Assembly (NCBI GenBank): GCA_045863395.1
Contig: BTVJ01000014.1
Coordinates: 1 to 64,000 of the forward strand
Length of the DNA stretch: 64,000 nt
DNA from: Myxococcales bacterium
GTDB lineage: Bacteria > Myxococcota_A > UBA9042 > JABWCM01 > BTVJ01
Direction of reading: 5' to 3'
Part shown: positions 1 to 8,190 of the stretch, in pieces
Position numbering within the stretch: the stretch's first letter is position 1
How the letters are laid out: each line of letters opens with the position of its first letter
The notes under the pieces: generated by a model
The model's database searches: none
The model's input: only the letters and a program-made list of their open reading frames with translations
What the model was told of the DNA's origin: nothing
Translations under genes and position numbers: made by a program

Positions 1-738
1 GGCGCTCACGACCTTCATCAGGGTCGCGGTCGGGCCGGTGTGCTGGAGCATGATCCACACCAGCGGAGGGACGCCGAACAGGACGGCGGCGCCGACGGCG
101 AAGCGCGCGCGAAACTGCCCCCTCGTCGACTTGAGGAGCGGCGTGTCCAGATCGGCGACGCCCCGCCAGTTGGCGAGCACCAGCACGATGGCCAGGAAGT
201 TCCCGACGGTCGCGAAGGTGAACAGGTTCGTGTAGCTCTCGGTCTCCTGGTAGTGGCCGGCCACCGCGAAGCCGATGAAGAACCCGATGTTCATGCCGGC
301 GTAGTTCCAGAGGAACGCGCTCTCTCGCCGCGCGTCGTCGGGCGCGAAGCGCTGCGTCAGCATCATGTTCAGGCACGTGACGTTGAGGCCGCTGCCCGTG
401 AGGAACAGGGCGAGCCCCCAGTACAGCGCCGCCGCGCTGCCGGCCGCGATGATGGCGCAGCCGACCATCTGCAGCACCATGCCGCCGACGAAGAGGTTGC
501 GGTTGCTGAGGAACCTGCCGCCCAGGTAGCCGCCGAACAGGTGCAGCCCGTAGTTGAAGGCGCCGAACACGCCCATGATGGCGGTGGCCTCCTTCGAGCT
601 GAAGCCCAGGTGCCCGGTCGCGTAGAGCACGAGCGTCGAGTAGAGCACCGCGAAGCCGAGGGTCGCGAAGATCTGGATGAAGAACAGGGCGGCGGTCCCT
701 TGCGGGATCTTCGAGAGTCGGGCCTTCAGGGCTTGCAA
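1..738 (-). CDS. POT/PTR-family peptide:H+ symporter (MFS), runs off the window start
   Basis: Not in the ORF track. Hand translation from TTG at 738 gives MQALKARLSKIPQGTAALFFIQIFATLGFAVLYSTLVLYAT...GAFNYGLHLFGGYLGGRFLSNR, with multiple TM helices and a later AFLWNYAGMNIGFFIG motif typical of POT transporters. Start codon uncertain. Confidence 0.85.
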   Translation of the reverse strand, partial: MQALKARLSKIPQGTAALFFIQIFATLGFAVLYSTLVLYATGHLGFSSKEATAIMGVFGAFNYGLHLFGGYLGGRFLSNRNLFVGGMVLQMVGCAIIAAGSAAALYWGLALFLTGSGLNVTCLNMMLTQRFAPDDARRESAFLWNYAGMNIGFFIGFAVAGHYQETESYTNLFTFATVGNFLAIVLVLANWRGVADLDTPLLKSTRGQFRARFAVGAAVLFGVPPLVWIMLQHTGPTATLMKVVSA

Positions 739-963
739 GGTCGCCCGTCACTTGCGCGGGGGTGTGGACGGTCCCACCGATGCGAGCGTCGCGGTCGGCC
801 ACGGTCTGGGTCGACCCGGCGGCAGGGACCGAGGTCCGCGCGGCCGTGCAGACTAGCGGGGTTTCTGCGCAGCGTCCAGGCGTCGGGGGGGGGCAACTGA
901 CCATGGTCCTCCTGCAAGGACACCACCCGTTCGCGGGCCCAGGACCGCTCCAGCTCGGTCGCG

Positions 964-3900
964 CTACATCCCCGCCTCGTCCGCCAGCCCGTCGTCTGCA
1001 TCCCCGCCCCCGGCGATGAGCGCGAGGAGCTCGTCCGCCGACAGGGCCGTCGCCGACCCCGTCCCGTCGAGGACCGCCGCCACCAGCTCCCGCTTGTCGC
1101 TGTGCAGCGCGATGATGCCGTCCTCCACCGTGCCGCGGGCGACCAGGCGATAGACCGTGACGGGGCGGTCCTGGCCGATGCGGTGGGCCCGGTCGGTCGC
1201 CTGGTCCTCGACCGCCGGGTTCCACCACGGGTCGAGGTGGATGACGTAGTCCGCCGCCGTCAGGTTGAGCCCTGACCCCCCCGCCTTGAGCGAGAGCAGG
1301 AACACGTCCGCGCCGCCCGCCTGGAAGGCGTCGACCTCCTCGCGGCGGCGGGCAGCAGGGGTGCTGCCGTCGAGATAGCGCATTCGGACCCCGTCGGACG
1401 CCAGCGCCTCGCGCACCAGCGCCAGCAGGCTCGTGAACTGGCTGAAGATCAGGGCGCGGTGGCCGTTGTCGCGCAGCTCGGCGACCAGCTCCCGCAGGAC
1501 CTCCAGCTTGGCCGACCCCACCGTGGAGGCGGGGTCCCACAGGCGCGGGTGGCACGCGAGCTGGCGGAGGCGCGTGAGCGCGGCGAGGATCTGAAAGCGG
1601 CGCTGGCCTGGCTCGGTGGTCGGGACGGCGAGGGCGGCCAGCGCGGAGGCCCGCAGCTCGTCGTAGAGGCGCCGCTCCCCCAAGGAGAGATCCACGTCCA
1701 GGCGCACCTCCGTGCGGGGCGGCAGCTCCTGGGCCACCTCGGACTTGAGGCGCCGCAGGGTGAACGGGCGCACGAGGCGGGCGAGCGCCCTGCGCACGCG
1801 CGGGTCCTTGTGGCGCTCCACCGGCACCTGGAAGCGCTTCGCGAAGTCCGCCTGGCTGCCGAGCAGGCCGGGCCCGATGGCCTGGAACAGGCTCCACAGC
1901 TCGCCCGTGTGGTTCTCGATGGGGGTGCCGGACAGGGCCAGCGTGAACTCGCTCGCCAGGTCGAACACGGCCTTGGCGCGCTGCGTCGCCGGGTTCTTGA
2001 TGGCCTGCGCCTCGTCCAGGACCACCGTGGCCCAGCGGATCGCGGACAGCACGTCCCCATACCGGACGGCCAGGTCGTAGCTCGTCACGACGACGCCGGG
2101 CGCGCTGCCTTGGCCGATGTCCTCCAGGTGGTCGAGGTCGGCGCGCCCCCGGAGCGGCGCCACGCGGAGCCCCGGCGCGAAGCGCGCGGCCTCGCGGAGC
2201 CAGTTGAACCCCACCGAGGTCGGGGCGATCACCAGGGCCGGCCCGAGTCGCTGGCGGTCGAGCAGCACGCCGAGGGCCTGCACCGTCTTGCCGAGGCCCA
2301 TGTCGTCCGCGAGGCACGCGCCGGGCGCCCAACGGGCCAGGCGCAGGGCCCACCGGATGCCCTCCGCCTGGTAGGGGCGCAGCTCGGCGGCGAGGCCCGC
2401 CGGGAGCTGGGGCTCGAAGCGCTCTGCGGCGCGGAGCCGCTCCAGCAGGTCCGTGAACGCGCCGTCTGCATCGACCGACGCTCCCTGCGCCGCGAGCCCC
2501 TCGATCATCGGAGCAGCCAGGGCCGGCAGGCGCGCCCCATCGCCCGTGCCGAGCTGGGCCGCCGCGCCGAGCTGCTCCCGCAGCGCGTCCTCGATGCGCA
2601 CCCACTGCTGGGGGCCGAGCCGCACATAGCGCTGCTGGTCGCGCACCGCGGCCAGCAGCTCACCGAGGGGGACGGCGCCGAGCGTCGTCGTCACCTGCCC
2701 GCCGAGCTGGAACCACTGCCGGTCCTTGGTCACGCGGAGCTTGAGGCCCTGCGGGGTCGCCGGGACGATCACGGCGCGCCGCTCGTCGGTCCACAGGACC
2801 TCGACGGCGTCGCCGAGGGCGCCGAGGGCGGACAGCGCGTCCAGCCCGGCGGTGGCGTCCAGGGTCCAGCTCCAAGGCTCCGGCGGGTCGGGCGGCAGGG
2901 CGAGGCGCGCCATCAGCTCCGTGGAGGCGTGGGACTCGGCCGCCAGGTCCCGCACGGCGCACACGGTCCCCTCGGCGCGGTGCACGTAGACCTCCGCCGC
3001 CCCGACACCGGGCAGCAGCGCGCGGGCGTCCGGGAGCGGGCGCACGCGCACCTCGACGCCCAGCGCGCCGTCGCCGTGCAGGGTCAGCCGCACGTGGGGA
3101 GCCGCGTGAGACTCCACCTCCGTACCGCGCAGGGAGGGCGCCACCGCGACGGCCATGGCCGCGGAGAGGTGCGGCAGGCGGTCCAGCAGCTCGCCGGCCG
3201 CCTCCGGAGGGAGCGCCCCACCGTTGCTCGACAGGGTCTCCACGGCCTGAGCCAGCAGGCGCGGCACCCGGATGACCGAGAGCGTGCCGGCCACGGTGTC
3301 CACGCGCGCGACGAGCTCGGCCGCGTTGCGGTCCAGGACGGACTCTGCCTGGGCCAGCGTCAGGTGAGTGCTCCCTATCCGGACGCCAAGGAGGACCGCC
3401 CCAGCCTCGTCGCGCTCGGCGTGCAGCACCGCGTCCGTCCGCACGACACGGAGCTGCGGGGAGCCCTGGACGTCGAGGAACACCCGCGGGTGCCCCTCCA
3501 GAAGCGCCATGGCGCGATGCGTGGACGCGCGTGACACCTCACCGCGCAGGTCCCCCTCGGGGCAGAGCAGGTCCACGGCGTGCTGCTCCGCGCGGGTCAG
3601 CACGAGCGCGTCCAGCTCGCCCTGCGCCAGCTTGCGCAGTGTGTAGCCACCCTTCTTCTTCGGCTTGCAGGTGCAGGGGACGATGGTCGGGCCGCTGTAG
3701 CTCTGGCCCACGCGGAACGCGATGACCCGGTCCTCCTCGGACGCCGCCCCGCTCAGGAGCATGTCGAGGGCGAGCAGAGTGCGTCCCCAGGCCGGGGCGG
3801 TCAGCATGCGGACGAGCGGCGCCGCCTCGTTGGCTCGCTCCGGGAGGCCGAGCAGGTCCAGCGCAGACTCCAAGAGGGCAAGCCTCACCGCGCAGCCGTG

Positions 3901-4911
3901 CTGGACGCTGCTGCACGGGCAGGACACCTCCAAGCGCAGGCCCTCGGGGCTGTCTGCGAAGCGGAGGGTCCCCGCAGCTCCGATCGACACGCAGCCGGCC
4001 TCGCGGCCGTGCTCGTAGCAGAGGGACTGCGAGGGCGGGTCGAAGCGGAGCCTCCCGGTGGGCCCCTTCACGCCGAGCCGGGGCACGGTCGCCCGGACCT
4101 TCCGGCGGAGGCTCTCCAGCGACATGAAGGCGGCCGCCGCCACCGGGTCCGCCGGGACCTGGCGGCGCAGCGCGCGCGCGACCTCCGCGTCCCTGGGGCC
4201 GAGGATCGACATCGCGGTGGACCTGAGCCACTGGAGGAGCTCCCCTTGGAGCTCCCGCACGTAGGTGGTGTCCTGCGACGTAACGGCGAGCAGCTCCGCG
4301 ACCGTGCGCCGATCTCCCCAAGTGGTGTACCGGGTCACTGCGCTGACATGGAGGTCGGAGACCAGGGCGCGGAGCGGCTGCTCCACGGAGCTGGCGAGCT
4401 GGGCCTCGCGCGCCCACGCGCGCACCTCCTCGACGGTCATGCCCGCGTGGAGGCGGGCCGCGACGGCGCTGGCTGTCTGCTCTTGCGGGATGGGGGCGGC
4501 AGGCGTGTACTCCGCCGAGGAGGCGCCCAGCAGCTCGCTGAGCGGGGCGGCCGGCCTGGCCAGCGTGCCCTCGTCGCCGCCGGGCTCCTCGAAGCTGTAC
4601 AGCTTGTCGGGGTCAGACTGGAGCCACAGGGCCAGCGCCGCGACGTGGGGGCAAGGTCCCTGTGCCCCGCACGAGCACGCCATGTGGGTGCGAAACTCAC
4701 CTTCGTCCACGGTGATGGAGGCCTCGAAGGCGGCGCCCTGATCGTAGACGGTGCAGGCCACCCCGCCGGGGACGGCCCTCGGATCGAGCTCGCTCTGGTC
4801 GATCAGGGCGTCGGCGCGCCGCAGCATCGCCTGGGAGAACACGGCCTCGGGGGCGTTGACGAACCCCTCGATGACATCAACGGCATCTGCTGACAGGTAG
4901 ATCTGGGCCAT
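964..4911 (-). CDS. SNF2-family (SF2) helicase with N-terminal SWIM zinc finger(s)
   Basis: CSCGAQGPCPH (SWIM); LADDMGLGKT, LDEAQAIKN, LSGTPIEN, LIFSQF, GGSGLNLTAAD and QATDRAHRIGQ motifs. Start set at MAQIY because the longer ORF overlaps the divergent gene. Confidence 0.93.
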   Translation of the reverse strand: MAQIYLSADAVDVIEGFVNAPEAVFSQAMLRRADALIDQSELDPRAVPGGVACTVYDQGAAFEASITVDEGEFRTHMACSCGAQGPCPHVAALALWLQSDPDKLYSFEEPGGDEGTLARPAAPLSELLGASSAEYTPAAPIPQEQTASAVAARLHAGMTVEEVRAWAREAQLASSVEQPLRALVSDLHVSAVTRYTTWGDRRTVAELLAVTSQDTTYVRELQGELLQWLRSTAMSILGPRDAEVARALRRQVPADPVAAAAFMSLESLRRKVRATVPRLGVKGPTGRLRFDPPSQSLCYEHGREAGCVSIGAAGTLRFADSPEGLRLEVSCPCSSVQHGCAVRLALLESALDLLGLPERANEAAPLVRMLTAPAWGRTLLALDMLLSGAASEEDRVIAFRVGQSYSGPTIVPCTCKPKKKGGYTLRKLAQGELDALVLTRAEQHAVDLLCPEGDLRGEVSRASTHRAMALLEGHPRVFLDVQGSPQLRVVRTDAVLHAERDEAGAVLLGVRIGSTHLTLAQAESVLDRNAAELVARVDTVAGTLSVIRVPRLLAQAVETLSSNGGALPPEAAGELLDRLPHLSAAMAVAVAPSLRGTEVESHAAPHVRLTLHGDGALGVEVRVRPLPDARALLPGVGAAEVYVHRAEGTVCAVRDLAAESHASTELMARLALPPDPPEPWSWTLDATAGLDALSALGALGDAVEVLWTDERRAVIVPATPQGLKLRVTKDRQWFQLGGQVTTTLGAVPLGELLAAVRDQQRYVRLGPQQWVRIEDALREQLGAAAQLGTGDGARLPALAAPMIEGLAAQGASVDADGAFTDLLERLRAAERFEPQLPAGLAAELRPYQAEGIRWALRLARWAPGACLADDMGLGKTVQALGVLLDRQRLGPALVIAPTSVGFNWLREAARFAPGLRVAPLRGRADLDHLEDIGQGSAPGVVVTSYDLAVRYGDVLSAIRWATVVLDEAQAIKNPATQRAKAVFDLASEFTLALSGTPIENHTGELWSLFQAIGPGLLGSQADFAKRFQVPVERHKDPRVRRALARLVRPFTLRRLKSEVAQELPPRTEVRLDVDLSLGERRLYDELRASALAALAVPTTEPGQRRFQILAALTRLRQLACHPRLWDPASTVGSAKLEVLRELVAELRDNGHRALIFSQFTSLLALVREALASDGVRMRYLDGSTPAARRREEVDAFQAGGADVFLLSLKAGGSGLNLTAADYVIHLDPWWNPAVEDQATDRAHRIGQDRPVTVYRLVARGTVEDGIIALHSDKRELVAAVLDGTGSATALSADELLALIAGGGDADDGLADEAGM

Positions 4912-5039
4912 GGGGCGCCACCCTAGCGCGCCACCCAGGGTGCTGCAAGCGCCGCGAGGCGGTTGACGACCTCCACCGATTGCTGGTTTCATGGTGGCCC
5001 GACAGGGTGGCTCAGGGCGCAACCGCAAGGAGGCTCGCA

Positions 5040-6434
5040 ATGTCCGTGCTCATCAAGAACGGCCGCATCGTGACGGCGGTGGACGACTACTTCGCCGACG
5101 TCTACATCGAGGGCGAGCGCGTGGCGCTCATCGGCAAGGACCTGGCGGTCGGCGCAGATCGCGTGATCGACGCCACCGGCAAGCTCGTCATCCCCGGCGG
5201 CATCGACCCTCACACCCACTTCGACATGCCGTTTGGCGGCACGACGTCCGCCGACGACTTCGACAGCGGCACCAAGGCGGCGGCCTTCGGCGGCACGACG
5301 ACCATCATCGACTTCGCCATCCAGACGAAGGGGCGCTCGACCATCGAGGGCCTCGATGCGTGGCACGCGAAGGCGGAGGGGAGGGCGACCATCGACTACG
5401 CCTTCCACATGATCGTGACGGACATGCCCCACGAGCGCCTGCCCGAGCTGGGGCGCCTCGCCGACGAGGGCATCACGAGCTACAAGCTCTTCATGGCGTA
5501 TCCGGGCGTGCTGTACGTGGACGACGGCACCCTCTACCGGGCCTTCCGCCAGGCGGGGGAGAACGGCACGCGCATCTGCATGCACGCCGAGAACGGCATC
5601 GTCATCGACGAGATCATCCGCCAGGCCGTCGCCGACGGGAAGGTCGCGCCCCGGTGGCACGCCCACACCCGCCCGACCCGCATGGAGGCCGAGGGCGTCC
5701 ACCGCTCCATCGCCATCGCCGAGGTGGCAGGGGTCCCGCTCTACATCGTGCACCTGTCGTGCTCGGACGCCCTGGAGGAGGTCAAGCGCGGCCGCGCCCG
5801 GGGCGTCAACGTCATGGCGGAGACCTGCCCGCAGTATCTGTTCCTCGACGAGACCTGGTACGACCGCCCGGACTTCGAGGGGGCCAAGTGGGTCATGACG
5901 CCGGCGCTCCGCGAGAAGTGGAACCAGGGCGCGCTGTGGCAGGGCCTGCGCATGGGCGATCTCTCGGCGGTCGCCACCGACCACTGCCCCTTCTGCTTCA
6001 AGGACCAGAAGGAGCTCGGCCGCGAGTCCTTCACCAAGATCCCGAACGGCGCCCCCGGCGTCGAGAACCGCATGAGCCTCATCTACACAGGGGGCGTCGT
6101 GCAGGGGCGCTTCGGCCTCAACCGCTTCGTGGAGCTGACGTCGACGGCGGCGGCCAAGACCTTCGGCCTCTTCCCCCGCAAGGGCACCATCGCCGTCGGC
6201 AGCGACGCGGACATCGTGGTCTTCGACCCCAACCGCAAGGAGACCATCAGCATCAACCACCCCCATACGCACCACATGCGCGTCGACTACAGCGCCTACG
6301 AGGGCTTCGAGGTCACGGGCTGGAGCGAGGTGGTGCTGTCACGAGGGCGCGTCATCGCGGACAACGGCACCCTGGTCACGGCGGGCGGCGGGCACTTCGT
6401 CAAGCGGGCGCGGGCGGGGGAGCTGCTGCGCTGA
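5040..6434 (+). CDS. hydA: dihydropyrimidinase / D-hydantoinase
   Basis: PGGIDPHTHF, SYKLFMAY (carbamylated Lys), HAENG, ETCPQYL, TDHCPF, KIPNG motifs; AAGGAGG RBS before ATG 5040. Confidence 0.93.
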   Translation: MSVLIKNGRIVTAVDDYFADVYIEGERVALIGKDLAVGADRVIDATGKLVIPGGIDPHTHFDMPFGGTTSADDFDSGTKAAAFGGTTTIIDFAIQTKGRSTIEGLDAWHAKAEGRATIDYAFHMIVTDMPHERLPELGRLADEGITSYKLFMAYPGVLYVDDGTLYRAFRQAGENGTRICMHAENGIVIDEIIRQAVADGKVAPRWHAHTRPTRMEAEGVHRSIAIAEVAGVPLYIVHLSCSDALEEVKRGRARGVNVMAETCPQYLFLDETWYDRPDFEGAKWVMTPALREKWNQGALWQGLRMGDLSAVATDHCPFCFKDQKELGRESFTKIPNGAPGVENRMSLIYTGGVVQGRFGLNRFVELTSTAAAKTFGLFPRKGTIAVGSDADIVVFDPNRKETISINHPHTHHMRVDYSAYEGFEVTGWSEVVLSRGRVIADNGTLVTAGGGHFVKRARAGELLR

Positions 6435-6506
6435 AGAGCGACCCGGGGGGGAGTCTGGGGAGGCGTCTGGGGTCGACCGCCAGGCGGGCCCACCCAGGCC
6501 GGCTCG

Positions 6507-7382
6507 TCAGGCCGGGTCCTTCATGTTCCGCCCGTAGAAGATCTCAGCCATCTCCCGGCGCAGGCGGTGCTTGATCGTGCGCGACTCGGAGGGCTTGAGG
6601 TCGTCCTTGGTCACCCCGAACAGGTAGTTGTCCAGGTCGAAGTCCTTGAGGATCATCTTCGTGTGGAAGATGTTCTCCTGGTACACGTTCACGTCGATCA
6701 TCTGGTAGCGGTTCTTGTAGCCCTTGGAGATGGTGTCCTGGATCGAGTGGATCTTGTGATCGATGAAGAACTTGCGCCCCTGCACATCCCGCGTGAAGCC
6801 CCGCACCCGGTAGTCGATGGTCACGATGTCCGACTCGAAGGTCTGGATGAGGTAGTTGAGCGCCCGGAGCGGTGAGATCTGGCCGCAGGTGGAGACGTCG
6901 ATGTCCGCCCGGAAGGTGCTGATGCCGTTGTCCGGGTGGCTCTCCGGGTAGGTGTGGACCGTGATGTGGCTCTTGTCCAGGTGCGCGACCACCGCGTCCT
7001 GGACCGGCTCGGTGGCCTCAGTGGTCTCCTCACCGTCGGCCCCCTCGGCTCCCTCCGCCGCGCCATCCGGCTGGGTGCTCTGCTCCTGCTGGATCGGCTC
7101 TTCGCTGATCAGCATGGTGACGCTGGCGCCCTGGGGGTCGTAGTCCTGGTGGGAGATGTCCAGGATGTTCGCGCCGATGATCCGCGAGACGTCCGTCATC
7201 ATCTCGCGCAGGCGGTGCGCGTTGTAGACGTCGTCGATGTACTCGATGTACTGGCGCCTCTGCTCCGGGGAGACCGCGTAGCAGATGTCATAGATGTTGA
7301 AGCTCAGCGTCTTCGTCAGGTTGTTGAACCCGTGGAGGCGCATCTTCTTGATCTTCGGAAACGTGCGGGGAGCCTTTGCCAA
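6507..7382 (-). CDS. speD: S-adenosylmethionine decarboxylase proenzyme (E. coli-type, long form)
   Basis: [40 protein letters not shown] (self-cleavage site), [19 protein letters not shown] 7382 follows GGAGG; ATG 7343 is an alternative start. Confidence 0.93.
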   Translation of the reverse strand: MAKAPRTFPKIKKMRLHGFNNLTKTLSFNIYDICYAVSPEQRRQYIEYIDDVYNAHRLREMMTDVSRIIGANILDISHQDYDPQGASVTMLISEEPIQQEQSTQPDGAAEGAEGADGEETTEATEPVQDAVVAHLDKSHITVHTYPESHPDNGISTFRADIDVSTCGQISPLRALNYLIQTFESDIVTIDYRVRGFTRDVQGRKFFIDHKIHSIQDTISKGYKNRYQMIDVNVYQENIFHTKMILKDFDLDNYLFGVTKDDLKPSESRTIKHRLRREMAEIFYGRNMKDPA

Positions 7383-7473
7383 TGCTCGAAGTCCTCCGGT
7401 CCGGCGTCGGGACGGCGCCGCGGCGCTGGCCGCCACACGGCGACCGGCCCCGCTGGCGAAGGGTCGTAGCGCA

Positions 7474-7536
7474 TTATCCACAGTTTGGCTTCAAGTACAG
7501 GGCGAATTGACAAGCGCACGAAATTGTCACGAAATT
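7474..7536. promoter_or_regulatory. AT-rich speD upstream region with a perfect DnaA box and a tandem 9-bp direct repeat
   Basis: TTATCCACA at 7474-7482; CACGAAATT at 7517-7525 and 7528-7536; TTGACA at 7507-7512. Confidence 0.5.
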
Positions 7537-7583
7537 CGACCGGCCTGCGAAGCGGGGAGCGCCCCGACGGGCGGAGAGGCTCG

Positions 7584-8033
7584 CTAGCCGCCGGACAGCC
7601 GCGCCGCCAGCTCCGCGGGGAAGGTGCGGGCGTTCACGGCGTTGTGGAACTCCTGGATGGTGCCGTCGGGGGCGATCACGGCCGCGATGCGGCGCGCGGA
7701 GGTCGCAAAGGGATCGTCGCAGGCGCCGTAGGCGAGGCCGAGCTCCCGGCCCAGGTCACAGAGCAGCGGGAACGGGAAGCCGTACTTCGTGGCGAAGGCG
7801 GCGTTGTCGGCCGCCGTGTCGAAGCTGACGCCCAGGATCACCGCGTCCAGGCGCTTGAACTCGTCGTAGTTGTCACGGAAGCCGCAGCCCTCTGCCGTGC
7901 ACCCCGGCGTGTCCGCCCTCGGGTAGAACCACAGGACGACCGTGCGCCCCTCGTAGTCCCGCAGGGCGTGGGTGTTGCCGAGGTGGTCCTCGGCGATGAA
8001 GTCCGGGGCGGGATCCCCTTGCTGCAGCAACAT
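7584..8033 (-). CDS. bcp: peroxiredoxin, BCP/PrxQ family
   Basis: VVLWFYPRADTPGCTAEGCGFRD, ILGVSFD, FPLLCD; AGGAGG RBS. Confidence 0.92.
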   Translation of the reverse strand: MLLQQGDPAPDFIAEDHLGNTHALRDYEGRTVVLWFYPRADTPGCTAEGCGFRDNYDEFKRLDAVILGVSFDTAADNAAFATKYGFPFPLLCDLGRELGLAYGACDDPFATSARRIAAVIAPDGTIQEFHNAVNARTFPAELAARLSGG

Positions 8034-8144
8034 GAGCGCCTCCTGGTCGCGTTCCGGGTGGGTCTTGACAGGTCCCGCCGCTCCACCGCGAAGGCATCCG
8101 GCGCCACGGCGCGGTTTGGGAGCGGGTCCTGTGAGTCTCCACCC

Positions 8145-8172
8145 ATGGTAGCAAATCGAAAGGTCGCTTCAA
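8145..8172 (-). promoter_or_regulatory. putative sigma70-type promoter for bcp
   Basis: Minus strand TTGAAG-N16-TACCAT with TGn directly before the -10. Confidence 0.45.
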
Positions 8173-8190
8173 CCCGGAAGTTGGCCGCGG

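Noticed and set aside
40..900. Plus-strand 286-aa ORF and many similar long Arg/Gly/Pro-rich ORFs across the window
   Set aside because: Antisense or off-frame shadows of real genes, expected at this GC; here the real gene is the minus-strand transporter.
762..1019. Small ORF between the transporter and the helicase
   Set aside because: No RBS or motif, and it overlaps the helicase 3' end; not supportable.
5040..6434. Functional link between dihydropyrimidinase and the pyr biosynthesis cluster
   Set aside because: They are 24 kb apart with unrelated genes between, and no other reductive pyrimidine catabolism genes are adjacent.
7474..7482. Replication origin
   Set aside because: Only one DnaA box, a short intergenic region, and no dnaA/dnaN/gidA context.
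7584..8033. Selenocysteine peroxiredoxin
   Set aside because: The peroxidatic residue is encoded by TGC and there is no in-frame TGA.
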